Assembly: GCA_946638615.1 (NCBI GenBank)
Contig: CAMPBO010000002.1
Span: forward strand, 5,746 to 69,745
DNA: 64,000 nucleotides
Direction: 5' to 3'
Source: an uncultured Candidatus Saccharibacteria bacterium
GTDB lineage: Bacteria > Patescibacteriota > Saccharimonadia > Saccharimonadales > Saccharimonadaceae
Of the stretch, positions 25,232-35,471 are shown piece after piece. A model generated the notes under the pieces. That model was not told the origin of the DNA. It did not search any database and saw only the letters and a list, made by a program, of their open reading frames with translations. The stretch's first letter is position 1. Each line of letters begins with the position of its first letter. Position numbers and translations under genes: made by a program.

Positions 25232-26584
25232 ATGGGTAAATTAGAAGATATTGTAAGTTTATGTAAACGTCGCGGTTTTATTTTTCCAGGTAGCGATATT
25301 TATGGTGGCATGGCTGGAACTTGGGATTTCGGGCCGCTCGGCGTTATGCTAAAAAAGAATTTAATGGATGCTTGGTGGAACTATTTTGTCGAAAAACGCG
25401 ATGACATGTATGGTATCGACGCTGCAATCATTATGAATCCCAAAACTTGGGTTGCTTCAGGGCATGTTGCCACTTTTGCCGATCCACTCGTTGAATGTAA
25501 AGAATGTAAATCTCGTTTTCGTGCCGACAAAATTGCCGATGGCATTTCTGAATCTGTCACCACTGAAGAATTTTTATCGACACACACCAAATGTCCAACT
25601 TGTGGCAAAGAAAATTGGGGGCCAATCCGCAAATTCAACATGATGTTTTCTACTCATGTTGGTGCAGTTTTGCCAGAAGATACCAAGGAAAATCCTGAGC
25701 TCGCCGAAAAAAATATCGCTTATCTTCGTCCCGAAACCGCCCAAGGCATCTTCACAAATTACAAAAACGTCGTTGATACAATTTATCCAAGTTTACCTTT
25801 CGGCTTAGCACAACAAGGCAAAGCCTTTAGAAACGAAATCAGTCCTCGCGATTTTATTTTACGCGACCGTGAATGTTCCCAAATGGAAATCGAGTATTTT
25901 GTTGCACCAGAAACTTGGGAAGAAAATTTTGAAAAAATGCGCCTTCTCCAACATGATTTCTTCAAAAATATTGTTGGCTTAAAACCCGAAAACATTCATG
26001 AACTTGAAGTTCCCAAAGAAGATCGCGCACACTATTCAAAGCGCACTATTGATTTTATGTTTGATTATCCAAACGGCGAAGAAGAATTAATGGGTCTCGC
26101 CTATCGCACTGATTTTGATTTAAAAAATATCGAACGTGAGTCTGGCAAATCAATGGAATATCGCGACAAAATTACTGGTGAGACTTTTGTTCCACATGTT
26201 ATCGAACCTTCTATTGGTGTCGAACGTCTCTTTCTTGCTGTTATTAGTACTGCCTACACTGAAGACGAAATCAACGGCGAAAAACGTATCGTCTTAAAGC
26301 TCCCAGAAAACTTAGCACCATACAAGTTCTGTGTTTCACCACTACTCAAAAACAAACCAGAACTCGTTGAAAAAGCCCGCGAAGTTTATCAAAAGCTCCG
26401 CGAAAAATACACCAACGTCACCTGGGACGACTCTGGCAATATCGGTAAACGCTATCGTAAACAGGACGAAATCGGTACACCAAAATGCGTCGTTGTCGAT
26501 TTTGATACGCTAGAAGATGATACCGTCACCGTCCGCGACCGCGACACTATCGCTCAAACCCGTATCAAAATTAGTGATTTATAA
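25232..26584 (+). CDS. glyQS: Glycine--tRNA ligase (alpha2 type)
   Basis: KRRGF, YLRPETAQGIF, GKAFRNEISPR, PHVIEPSIG, IGKRYRKQDEIGTP. Confidence 0.98.
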   Translation: MGKLEDIVSLCKRRGFIFPGSDIYGGMAGTWDFGPLGVMLKKNLMDAWWNYFVEKRDDMYGIDAAIIMNPKTWVASGHVATFADPLVECKECKSRFRADKIADGISESVTTEEFLSTHTKCPTCGKENWGPIRKFNMMFSTHVGAVLPEDTKENPELAEKNIAYLRPETAQGIFTNYKNVVDTIYPSLPFGLAQQGKAFRNEISPRDFILRDRECSQMEIEYFVAPETWEENFEKMRLLQHDFFKNIVGLKPENIHELEVPKEDRAHYSKRTIDFMFDYPNGEEELMGLAYRTDFDLKNIERESGKSMEYRDKITGETFVPHVIEPSIGVERLFLAVISTAYTEDEINGEKRIVLKLPENLAPYKFCVSPLLKNKPELVEKAREVYQKLREKYTNVTWDDSGNIGKRYRKQDEIGTPKCVVVDFDTLEDDTVTVRDRDTIAQTRIKISDL

Positions 26585-26656
26585 AATATTCACGCGACCA
26601 TTTTTCGTAATTCTATTCTTTTTATGCTAAAATAGTTTTATAAAAGGAGAATTATA

Positions 26657-27184
26657 ATGGCTGAAAAAGCAAAAAAACCTATTAATAAGAAACTCATTAT
26701 CGGCATTTGCGCAGTAGTCGTAGTTGTCGCGATTATTGCCGTGGCAGTAATTTTAATTACACGAAATAGTTCAATCGACGATTCTTATTTCGTGTCTGAC
26801 AACACAAAATATGTACTTACACTCGATTCAAGCGATGTGTCTATGGATGATTCAAACTACAATCCAATTAAAACACACCTAGTCTATACTTATTCTGGTG
26901 ACGATATTACTGGACTTAAAGCTTATTATGAGTACGCCGATAGCGCTGCAGCCAAAGACGCAGCTGAATATCTCAAACAAAACTACGAAGATGATGAAAC
27001 CAAGGCTAAAGTTTCTGTTGATGGAAAATATGTCGTCTTTACTGCCACTGAAGCAGAATATGAAGGTTTAACAGCATCCGACATTAAGCAACAAATCGAG
27101 TTCATGGAATTACTCAAAAATATGAACACAGAAGATTCTAGCATCGAAGAAACTGACGTCATTGAAGAAACAACCAACGAATAA
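26657..27184 (+). CDS. Membrane-anchored hypothetical protein
   Basis: Basic N-terminus + TM helix, acidic extracellular part; AAAGGAG RBS and terminator. Confidence 0.8.
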   Translation: MAEKAKKPINKKLIIGICAVVVVVAIIAVAVILITRNSSIDDSYFVSDNTKYVLTLDSSDVSMDDSNYNPIKTHLVYTYSGDDITGLKAYYEYADSAAAKDAAEYLKQNYEDDETKAKVSVDGKYVVFTATEAEYEGLTASDIKQQIEFMELLKNMNTEDSSIEETDVIEETTNE

Positions 27185-27192
27185 TAGTTAAC

Positions 27193-27227
27193 AAAATACG
27201 GTATATAATTTATATACCGTATTTTTT
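27193..27227. terminator. Bidirectional terminator
   Basis: AAAATACGGTATATA/TATATACCGTATTTT palindrome. Confidence 0.75.
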
Positions 27228-27255
27228 ATTCAATTTTAGTTTTTAAACTAATTGT

Positions 27256-27786
27256 TTAAGCTTTTTTATAACGTTCAATTGCTGCAGCGATTACTTTTTT
27301 AGCTGAATCAACACCTTCAAAAGCTTTCACTTCTGTACTACCAGGTTTCTTCAAGTCTTTATAATGATTAAAATGATACTCAATTTGTTTCAAAGTTTGT
27401 GCTGGCAAATCTTCAAGTGAGTTATAAGCATCGCCATTATTGCGATCGTCTGCTGGTACGCAAATAATTTTATCGTCCACTTCATCGCTATCAATAAATT
27501 TCATCACGCCAAGAATCTTAGCTTTCATCCAAATACCAGTTGTAAGTGGCTGGTCTGTAATCATTAGAACATCAAGTTCGTCACCATCTTCATCTAAAGT
27601 TTGTGGGATAAATCCATAGTTACATGGCTTCGCAAAAGCCATTGGCTCTACCCTATCAAGCATAAAACACGCATGCTCTCTATCCCATTCAATTTTATGG
27701 TTTGACCCAGTTGGAATTTCGATCACTACATTTAGTTCACCATTCTCATAGTCGCCTGGCGTCAAAACTTTATTAAAATCTGCCAT
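27256..27786 (-). CDS. ppa: Inorganic pyrophosphatase (family I)
   Basis: NYGFIPQTLDEDGDELDV, DDKII, FNHYKDL; start MADFN after AAGGAG. Confidence 0.96.
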   Translation of the reverse strand: MADFNKVLTPGDYENGELNVVIEIPTGSNHKIEWDREHACFMLDRVEPMAFAKPCNYGFIPQTLDEDGDELDVLMITDQPLTTGIWMKAKILGVMKFIDSDEVDDKIICVPADDRNNGDAYNSLEDLPAQTLKQIEYHFNHYKDLKKPGSTEVKAFEGVDSAKKVIAAAIERYKKA

Positions 27787-27814
27787 TTTTACTCCTTTTT
27801 TTATTATAAGTACA

Positions 27815-28495
27815 TTATACCGCACCGCTCATTATTCGTGCAAGTCTCAGTATTTTTGGCAAAAAAGACTCTATTCCTTTTATTTGTGCAGTCACAGTTA
27901 ATTTCGTTGTAACCATTAAGCGTAATATTTTTATTTCTTCTTCTCCCAATTCCCCATTATATGTTGATACCAAGGCTTTTTCTATTAAATCATAATTATA
28001 TCTCTCCTTTGGGGATAATTTTATTCCATTTATATCTCGGTATAAGTTAATTTCCTCGCCAGAAATTCTAGTCAAATTCAACCAAAACCAACTTTCTATT
28101 AGTTCTTTGTTTAAGCCCGAATCAAGACCAGCTAAACTCTGATCCACAATCTCAAAATATTCTGGACTATCTAAATTTTCCGACGCTAAACTTATTTTTT
28201 TCAAAATCAACCCCGCAAATTCCATTGCTGTAAAATCTTTCAAAATGTTACCATAATATTTTTTCATTTTTGCACTTGTAATTGTTCCCAGTTCTCCTCG
28301 GCCTTGATGTATATTTATATCAGTTAAAGAAAACAGCTCAACCCCACCAGCTAATTTAGATTTTTCTTTACGGACACCTTTCGCAATTGCCGAAATTTTT
28401 CCTTTTGGTGTTATGATGTTTAATATTCGGTCTGCTTCACCATAATTAGTTCTTTTTAAAACATACCCGAGAGTTCTTATATCTCTATTTTGCAT
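27815..28495 (-). CDS. recO: DNA repair protein RecO
   Basis: GYVLKRTNYGEADRIL..GKISAIAKGVRK.KSKL. Confidence 0.93.
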   Translation of the reverse strand: MQNRDIRTLGYVLKRTNYGEADRILNIITPKGKISAIAKGVRKEKSKLAGGVELFSLTDINIHQGRGELGTITSAKMKKYYGNILKDFTAMEFAGLILKKISLASENLDSPEYFEIVDQSLAGLDSGLNKELIESWFWLNLTRISGEEINLYRDINGIKLSPKERYNYDLIEKALVSTYNGELGEEEIKILRLMVTTKLTVTAQIKGIESFLPKILRLARIMSGAV

Positions 28496-28832
28496 ATTTT
28501 TTTGCATATTGATATATTTCCTGTGGTGTCATTTTTTCTTTATTTAGATAACCCACTACGCCATAACTTGATAAATCTTCGTTAGAATAATCCAGTGAGG
28601 ATACTATTACAATTGGGATCATCCTTGTATCAGGATAAGAAACCAATTCATTCAAAAAAGTAAATCCGTCAGGCCCATCAAGTAGTACATCTAAAAAAAT
28701 AAGTTTTGGCATTTCGTCAGACGATATTTCATTCATCGCTTCAATTGCATTCGTAAAAATCCGCGTCTCCTTTTTAGTAGCTCGCGCCACGCATTTTGCC
28801 ATAATCACATCATCATCAACCACAAAAATCAT
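28485..28832 (-). CDS. Single-domain response regulator
   Basis: VVDDD, LIFLDVLL..DG, IVIVSS, K. Confidence 0.9.
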   Translation of the reverse strand: MIFVVDDDVIMAKCVARATKKETRIFTNAIEAMNEISSDEMPKLIFLDVLLDGPDGFTFLNELVSYPDTRMIPIVIVSSLDYSNEDLSSYGVVGYLNKEKMTPQEIYQYAKKYAK

Positions 28833-29512
28833 TCGAATAAGCTCGCTTGTTTAGATATCGGCAATTCAACATAAAAACTAGTTCCGTCTCGATGTCGTAC
28901 CGCCCCAACCTTTGCGTTCATATATCGTGAAAATTTTGAAGCAATATAAAGCCCTAGGCCAGAAGAGCCTGGTCGCATAGCTATCGAAGTAGGTTTTTCA
29001 ATAAAACCTCTTTTTATTTCTCGCCAAACATCGATTGGAAGCATCGGCCCAAAATCTCGTATTGAAATTTTCACTTTATCTAAATAGTCTTGTACTATCA
29101 ATTCTGATCGTGTTCGCTCACCTGAATAATGCATAGCATTTAACAAAAAGTTATAAATTACACTATAAAGCAACTCGCGATTTGCCGTTACAAGCTTAGC
29201 ACGATTAGAATATTTTATAAACAAATCTCTTCGGTTACAATCGAAAAGGTAGCTAAGTTCACGGGTAACATCATCGCAAACAGCTCGCACTGCAACGGGC
29301 TCCATTTCGAATAAGCCGTCTTCGAGTCGTCGAATCTTCGCAAGATCATTTACTTGCTTAATAGCCCGTTCCGAAACCCTTACCATCTCTGAGCGAATAT
29401 GTTCGCCTGTTTCATCCATATCATCAAAAGATAAAGCTAGCTGCCGAAGTACCGCAAGAGGCGCTTTTAACTCATGCGCCGCCACCAAAATCCCGTCAAC
29501 CTCCTTTTCCAT
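28829..29512 (-). CDS. Histidine kinase lacking a sensor domain
   Basis: AHELKAPL H-box, NFLLNAMHY N-box, IRDFG, GSSGLGL. Confidence 0.88.
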   Translation of the reverse strand: MEKEVDGILVAAHELKAPLAVLRQLALSFDDMDETGEHIRSEMVRVSERAIKQVNDLAKIRRLEDGLFEMEPVAVRAVCDDVTRELSYLFDCNRRDLFIKYSNRAKLVTANRELLYSVIYNFLLNAMHYSGERTRSELIVQDYLDKVKISIRDFGPMLPIDVWREIKRGFIEKPTSIAMRPGSSGLGLYIASKFSRYMNAKVGAVRHRDGTSFYVELPISKQASLFE

Positions 29513-29535
29513 GCCCCCATTATAACATATTATCT

Positions 29536-30288
29536 TTAGGCGTTGAAAGTCACAGTGTTTAGTAACTTATTAAAATCTTCTTCAAATAAAACTGAGTCAG
29601 TTTGCAAAATTGCAGTTTTATCTCGAATTTTAAAAATTACAATGTAGCCATTTAGATCAGTGTTAGGTATATTACCACTATAACGATTTGCTGTAATTCC
29701 CTTCGTAGTCGTAATCGTTTCAACGCTCAAGTTAGAATCTTTTTTATCCATATAACGCTGGTATTCAGCCGCAACATCATCAAAACTTTTATCCCTAATC
29801 GTCACTCTTAGAGCATTTATGGTATCTTTAGATACAACATTTACTTGAATTGGATTAAAATATGCACTAAAATCGCCTCCATTTGACGCATCAGCTGCCA
29901 CATATACACTCCAAGTTCTAGGATATTCAAAAGTTAGTTGCCCATAATCAGCTGGACCTGAAAAAGTTTTAAATGGGTATTTTTCACGTTCTAAAAATTC
30001 CGCTTCCAACGCTGTAGCTTGTTCATCTTTTGCAATTGCTACCGCACGATTAATTTGTCCATCAACGTCACTGCGCGTTTCATTATATTGCACAGACATC
30101 CAAACAAAAAGCCCTATGAATGTTACAGTAGTCAAAGATAAGACAATAATAACGATAGTTTTAACGAGATCGGCTATATTCTTTGTTTTATTTGAGACGT
30201 TCAAATCCTGTTGTGCTGTTGACGTGTTTGAAATTACCGATGTTGTCGGTTGATTCGATTGCGCTGACGAAGTTGTAAAATCATCCAT
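29536..30288 (-). CDS. Membrane-anchored hypothetical protein
   Basis: Single TM then soluble domain (TFEYPRTW). Confidence 0.8.
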   Translation of the reverse strand: MDDFTTSSAQSNQPTTSVISNTSTAQQDLNVSNKTKNIADLVKTIVIIVLSLTTVTFIGLFVWMSVQYNETRSDVDGQINRAVAIAKDEQATALEAEFLEREKYPFKTFSGPADYGQLTFEYPRTWSVYVAADASNGGDFSAYFNPIQVNVVSKDTINALRVTIRDKSFDDVAAEYQRYMDKKDSNLSVETITTTKGITANRYSGNIPNTDLNGYIVIFKIRDKTAILQTDSVLFEEDFNKLLNTVTFNA

Positions 30289-30305
30289 AAGCTTATTATA
30301 ACATA

Positions 30306-30503
30306 TTACTTACTAAAATCTTCTTTTAGAACTTCAATTTCGTTTTGTAAATTGGTTAAATCTTTCTGTAGTTCTTTCGCAAGAGATATAGCATTTTTAT
30401 AATTTTCAGTTGCCTCTTCAAGCTCAAAGTCATCTGAATAAAACCAATCGATTTTTTCTTCTAGTTCCTTAATTTTTTGCGTTAATGTTTTGTTATCTTT
30501 CAT
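30306..30503 (-). CDS. xseB: Exodeoxyribonuclease VII small subunit
   Basis: Short coiled coil (ELE..LEEA..Y) overlapping xseA end. Confidence 0.85.
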   Translation of the reverse strand: MKDNKTLTQKIKELEEKIDWFYSDDFELEEATENYKNAISLAKELQKDLTNLQNEIEVLKEDFSK

Positions 30504-31662
30504 CTATCTCCTTTACTTCTGCTTTAATTTCTTTATCAATTGTTGTAATTTTTACAACATTACCTATTGCTATTTCTCCTTTTAAAATTGCATACCCTCT
30601 CTCCAAAACTTTTTCTGGATTTAACGCCCCCAAAATTTTAATTTTGTCAGAGAGTTCTTTATGGAAACTTGTAATTTTTATATTAACAACGTTCAAAATT
30701 CGCATTATTTTATCGTACTGTTCTCTTCTTAAGCTGTCGATTTTGCTAATCAAATTTTGTCCTGCTCGACTAATCATCGTATTTATATCCACGAGCATCG
30801 CTTTGCGATCAAATGTTAGTAGTTCTGCCGCGTTCGATGGCGTAGAAGCTCTCACATCCGCCGCAAGGTCCACTAAAGATTCATCTATTTCATGCCCAAT
30901 ACCAGAAATAACTGGAATTTTTGAAGAAGCCACCGCTCGCACAAGTGCTTCATCGTTAAAACAAGCCAGGTCATCCGCCGAGCCACCACCACGGATAATC
31001 GCAACTGCTTCCACTTCGCCTCGTTCATTGAAATATTTTAAAGCCCTAATTATCTGATCTGGAGCATCTATCCCTTGTACCTGAGTGTGCGCTACTTGAA
31101 TTTTTGTTCCACCCCATCTCGCATTAAAAATCTTAATAAAATCCACATACCCAGCCGCCGCCGTACTAGATATTACCCCAATTTTAGAAAGACCCTTTGG
31201 AATAGAGCGTTTCTTCTCGGGGTCGAATAGCCCTTCTTCTGTTAACTTTCTTTTCAAAATTTCATAAGCCTTCTTCAGGCTGCCCTCGCCAACTGGCTGT
31301 ATTGCTTGCACCGTAAAAGAAAACTTCCCCCACTTAGTTATTTTAGGAACACCTTTTATTCTCACCTTCATACCATCTTCGATCGGGATCCGAAGTTGAT
31401 AAAGTGTCATAAAACAAGAAACCGACGACTCTTCATCCTTAATATCAAAAAATACCCATTTTCCTTGATTTATCTTAAAACTCGCCACTTCACCTACAAT
31501 CGTCACCGCCGAATAAGCATATTCAAGTGTCTGATTTACAACACTAATAAACTCAGTCGGGGTAAATGATAACATACTGTCGACGGATGGCGTCACTTTG
31601 GAGTCTTCATTCGAGTTTGACAAGAATGGGGAGAAAGTAGCAGTAGGGCCCGTCGGTTCCAT
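30493..31662 (-). CDS. xseA: Exodeoxyribonuclease VII large subunit
   Basis: GEV, RGGGS.DDL..FNDE, SGIGHE.D, ASTPSNAAE, VLERGYA. Confidence 0.96.
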   Translation of the reverse strand: MEPTGPTATFSPFLSNSNEDSKVTPSVDSMLSFTPTEFISVVNQTLEYAYSAVTIVGEVASFKINQGKWVFFDIKDEESSVSCFMTLYQLRIPIEDGMKVRIKGVPKITKWGKFSFTVQAIQPVGEGSLKKAYEILKRKLTEEGLFDPEKKRSIPKGLSKIGVISSTAAAGYVDFIKIFNARWGGTKIQVAHTQVQGIDAPDQIIRALKYFNERGEVEAVAIIRGGGSADDLACFNDEALVRAVASSKIPVISGIGHEIDESLVDLAADVRASTPSNAAELLTFDRKAMLVDINTMISRAGQNLISKIDSLRREQYDKIMRILNVVNIKITSFHKELSDKIKILGALNPEKVLERGYAILKGEIAIGNVVKITTIDKEIKAEVKEIDER

Positions 31663-31664
31663 TA

Positions 31665-32705
31665 TTATTGTTTATCCTTTATTGCTTTATAATACGGGAT
31701 CGAACCAGACGCAATCGTAAATACTAGCGTTATCACCCGTGTCATCACAGTAATGATCGTCGCCACTGGAAATTCCACGCCAAGCGCAATCATTACTCCA
31801 GCCATTCCGAGCTCATATAATCCATACGGGACAATCCCATCAAATACCGAGCCAACCGCCTCACCTATCATAATATATGGTAAAAGTTCTGGTCTCCCTA
31901 AAGATATAGCTACTATCCAGTATGTTGTTATCTCCAAAAAACTAAAAGCAACTCCCCAAATAATTGGCTTTTTTAGATAACGTTTATTTTCTTTGGCAAT
32001 TTTGACACTATTATATATATCACCAAAATAATCGTTTATTTTTCCGTTTTTTACAAGTTCTTTTTTTCTACCAAATGTCACTATTCTAGCAACACCTTTG
32101 CTGATTTTTGTTACAATTCTAGAGAAAAAATCTATTCTTTTTTCACTACTCGCTATGAATATCACAAGCCATAGCACCAAAATCACACCCGTATTCATAA
32201 TTAAAGCAAGCGGTATAATCCATTGTGCTTCAGTTGGAATAAGATTTAGGGCAAACAAGATTAAGATAGCGATCAAGGCTTGCGCATAATTAACAACCGT
32301 CGTCATTGCATATCTAAAAATATATAAAAAGCTCGCCTGCCCCGCCGATACACCAAATTCTCCTAAACGATAAGTCAAAAAAGCCAACCCCCCCAACCCT
32401 CCAGCTGGTACTGCATGGTTAACAAAGTTTAGCTCTGTTGAAATTCGGAGAACCTCTCCATTGGTAAATTTTTTTACTGATTTTTGGTTTCTGAGATATG
32501 AAAAAAATATTTGCCCACATGCAAAATACATAAGAAGTTGCTCTGGAATCAATAGCATCAACACAAAAACATTTGTCTCATATAAATGATTTACTGCCTC
32601 AAGAATATCTGGCCAGTTTTGATATATTACATACCCCACCAAAACTGCCGTTAAAATCAAAAGTATCGTGCGAAACGAAAAACCCACGTGTTTTTTCTTA
32701 GCCAT
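31665..32705 (-). CDS. Flippase-like domain protein (lysylphosphatidylglycerol synthase TM / UPF0104)
   Basis: Multi-TM, NFVNHAVPAGG.GG, P.GLYE, TRVI. Confidence 0.8.
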   Translation of the reverse strand: MAKKKHVGFSFRTILLILTAVLVGYVIYQNWPDILEAVNHLYETNVFVLMLLIPEQLLMYFACGQIFFSYLRNQKSVKKFTNGEVLRISTELNFVNHAVPAGGLGGLAFLTYRLGEFGVSAGQASFLYIFRYAMTTVVNYAQALIAILILFALNLIPTEAQWIIPLALIMNTGVILVLWLVIFIASSEKRIDFFSRIVTKISKGVARIVTFGRKKELVKNGKINDYFGDIYNSVKIAKENKRYLKKPIIWGVAFSFLEITTYWIVAISLGRPELLPYIMIGEAVGSVFDGIVPYGLYELGMAGVMIALGVEFPVATIITVMTRVITLVFTIASGSIPYYKAIKDKQ

Positions 32706-32802
32706 ATTCGTATTATATCACAAAATAAGCGGGTGATAATTCTTAAAAAATTCCTTGAAATCTGCACAACAGCTTCAAAGAAGAAGAATTAACCCGCTAA
32801 AT

Positions 32803-33075
32803 TTAGCGTACTTCTACGCGTACTCTTGGCAAAGATTTGCCAGAAAAATGAGTCTTCTTGGTCTTCACAAAAGTAACTACACCATCTTTAGCAGCATGGA
32901 TAGTAAAATTGCGTGACATATAGGTACCTGGACCTGCAATCTTTGTAGCACCAGTTTGGCGAACTATAACTTCACCATTCTTTACCTTCTGACCACCAAA
33001 GCGCTTGACGCCAAGGCGCTGGCCAGCATTATTGTGGACGTTTTTGGCGGTACCACCAGCTTTTACGTGTGACAT
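32803..33075 (-). CDS. rpmA: 50S ribosomal protein L27
   Basis: MSHVKAGG..RLGVKRFGGQ.V..G.VIVRQ.G. Confidence 0.97.
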   Translation of the reverse strand: MSHVKAGGTAKNVHNNAGQRLGVKRFGGQKVKNGEVIVRQTGATKIAGPGTYMSRNFTIHAAKDGVVTFVKTKKTHFSGKSLPRVRVEVR

Positions 33076-34166
33076 TATTTTTTCCTTAAAATTATTATAT
33101 CTCTCGCAACGATTTGTTCTGGCCGATGATAAAGTAGCCCCTCGCGCGATTTACTATGAACATTATACCCCATAGCTTCAATTTCGTCAAGAATATCAAG
33201 ACGTTCATACTTGTTATTTTCTCTTAACCAAGCCGGAATCGCAATTACTACTGGTGTATCAAGCTCTATCTGTCTAGTCAAATTCTTCAAAAAGCCTAAA
33301 ACTATTGAACCGCACTCTTGTTTTTGCTCTTTTAACTTCATCTCACCAGGAATTTGCGACATTGGTTTCCCGAGATACCCTTCACAAGCTACCGCATCAA
33401 CTTTTTCGCCCCATTTATGCCTCGTAGCATCACCAACTTCCAGCTTAAAATTCTCAAAATCAAAATATTCTAAATTCTTCCTGCTATATTCAATCATTTT
33501 TTCGCTGATATCAGTACCGTAAGCTCGATATCCCATCAGCAACGCCTCCTGTAGTACCACCCCCGTACCACAAAACGGGTCAAGCATAGTTGCACCTTTA
33601 GGTAAAACTCCGCAAAGATTTATCAAAACTTGTGCCAATTTCGGTGGCAACATCCCCACATAGGCATCTCGTGCTGGCCTGGCCTGATCACGCCTAGCAT
33701 ATGCATCAATATCCTGCACACCGACCACTAAGTACCAATCGTCATCCACTTTAATTAGCTCTACTTTTCGTTCATTCTTGCCAGACAGGCCATTATGAAG
33801 CGATGTCGCCGTCGACAGTGCGGCATCTTTATTCTCTACCACCCTCACCGAACGTCCATGTCTTACTAAAATCTTTTTTAATTTTAGTGCTTCCATTGTT
33901 GCTGTTTTTCGTGAAGCTTTCTTAGAATAATCCGACACGCCAATCGTGATCTTCCCCTCCGGCAACCCTCTCAAAAATTCGATTGGACTCAAGGTGATTT
34001 TCTCAGCAAATTTCAAAGTTCCGCCAAATCGACAGATATCAACAGATTCTGCCGAAAACACTGCCAATTTACCCGAAGCAATTTGGCTAACATCACCAAA
34101 AACCGCCTCAAGCTCAGCCACTGAAATCTCTGGTTGTCTCCCCAGTACTGCTAAATATCTGTTCAC
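33075..34166 (-). CDS. Trm11/UPF0020-like SAM-dependent RNA methyltransferase
   Basis: GMLPPKLAQVLINL, LDPFCGTGVVLQEA, GTDIS, GDAT. Confidence 0.85.
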   Translation of the reverse strand: MNRYLAVLGRQPEISVAELEAVFGDVSQIASGKLAVFSAESVDICRFGGTLKFAEKITLSPIEFLRGLPEGKITIGVSDYSKKASRKTATMEALKLKKILVRHGRSVRVVENKDAALSTATSLHNGLSGKNERKVELIKVDDDWYLVVGVQDIDAYARRDQARPARDAYVGMLPPKLAQVLINLCGVLPKGATMLDPFCGTGVVLQEALLMGYRAYGTDISEKMIEYSRKNLEYFDFENFKLEVGDATRHKWGEKVDAVACEGYLGKPMSQIPGEMKLKEQKQECGSIVLGFLKNLTRQIELDTPVVIAIPAWLRENNKYERLDILDEIEAMGYNVHSKSREGLLYHRPEQIVARDIIILRKK

Positions 34167-34191
34167 CTAAAGCCTCACCATATATAATATA

Positions 34192-35427
34192 TTACTTTAC
34201 TACTAAGAACTTGTTCTTGCCCTTCTTAATTATTGCCGTCTGAGAAAGCTCTACATCCTCTGTAACTTTTACACCATTAATCGTAATCGCCCCCTGAGCA
34301 ATAAACTCGCGTGCCTTTTTCTTGGATTCTGCTAACCCCTTATCCACTAAGGCGTCTACGAGCATTACGCCTTTTTTCACGGTCGGCAAATACTCCGCAA
34401 ACTCCATAAGCTCATCCGCGGTGAACTCTGCAAAATTAGTCTCTCGCGCAAATAGCAGTGTAGATAAATTTTCTATCGCTTCGGCCGCCACCTTGCCATG
34501 CACTACTTCAGTTGCTCCACGAGCCAAAGCTTTCTGCGCGATTCGCTCTGCTGGATTCTCAAAATGCCGTCTCAAGATATCTTCAATCTCTTCTTTTTCT
34601 AAGAGTGTGTAGATTTTGATCAAATATTCCACAGCTTCATCTGGCTGGTTAAGCCAAAATTGATAAAAATCAAAAATCGGCGTATAGTTACCCCCACCAT
34701 TATCTGAAGAAGCCAGCCAAATTGCATTCCCTTCGGATTTACCAAATTTTCGTCCCGTTACAGGATCAATTACAAGTGGTGTCGACCATACATCCGCAGT
34801 CGCACCCTCAAGCCGCTTAATTAAATGAATCCCCGAAGTACAGTTACCGTATTGATCTGCTCCGCAAAGCTGCAAGTCCACACCATATTTACGATAAAGA
34901 TGCAAAAAATCATATCCCTGAATCAAAGTATACGAAAACTCAGCATAAGAAATCCCTGAACCACCTTCGCCAATCCGATTTTGCACAAATTGACGATCAA
35001 GCAATTGCGTCATCGAAAACGCCTTCCCTACTTCGCGCAAAAAGTCCAGATATTTCATATCACGGAACCAATCGTAATTATCCACTAACGTTGCATCGTT
35101 ATAATTAATTACATTTTCAATCTGCTTCTTGATACACGCTTTATTGTGTTCTACTTCATCAAGTGGCTTTAAATCTCGTTCGCCATTATCTTTTGGATCG
35201 CCAATTTGCCCAGTTGCACCACCTACTAGTAGATATGGTTGATACCCATGTCGTACAAAACACGCACACATCATAAGAGCTGCTAGATTTCCAATCGTCA
35301 ACGAATCTGCCGACGGATCTGCCCCCCAGTAAAATTTTTTCGACACTCTACTATCTAACTCTGCTGGGTTTTCAATCGTTGTCTCCGCAGAGAAACCACG
35401 ATAAATTAATTCTTCCGATAATTTCAT
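34192..35427 (-). CDS. tyrS: Tyrosine--tRNA ligase
   Basis: GADPSADSLTIGN, EFSYTLIQGYDF, GADQYGN, KFGKS, C-terminal S4. Confidence 0.98.
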   Translation of the reverse strand: MKLSEELIYRGFSAETTIENPAELDSRVSKKFYWGADPSADSLTIGNLAALMMCACFVRHGYQPYLLVGGATGQIGDPKDNGERDLKPLDEVEHNKACIKKQIENVINYNDATLVDNYDWFRDMKYLDFLREVGKAFSMTQLLDRQFVQNRIGEGGSGISYAEFSYTLIQGYDFLHLYRKYGVDLQLCGADQYGNCTSGIHLIKRLEGATADVWSTPLVIDPVTGRKFGKSEGNAIWLASSDNGGGNYTPIFDFYQFWLNQPDEAVEYLIKIYTLLEKEEIEDILRRHFENPAERIAQKALARGATEVVHGKVAAEAIENLSTLLFARETNFAEFTADELMEFAEYLPTVKKGVMLVDALVDKGLAESKKKAREFIAQGAITINGVKVTEDVELSQTAIIKKGKNKFLVVK

Positions 35428-35471
35428 ATTCTTATTATATCATCTTATCTATAATGTGTTAAAATAATTAT

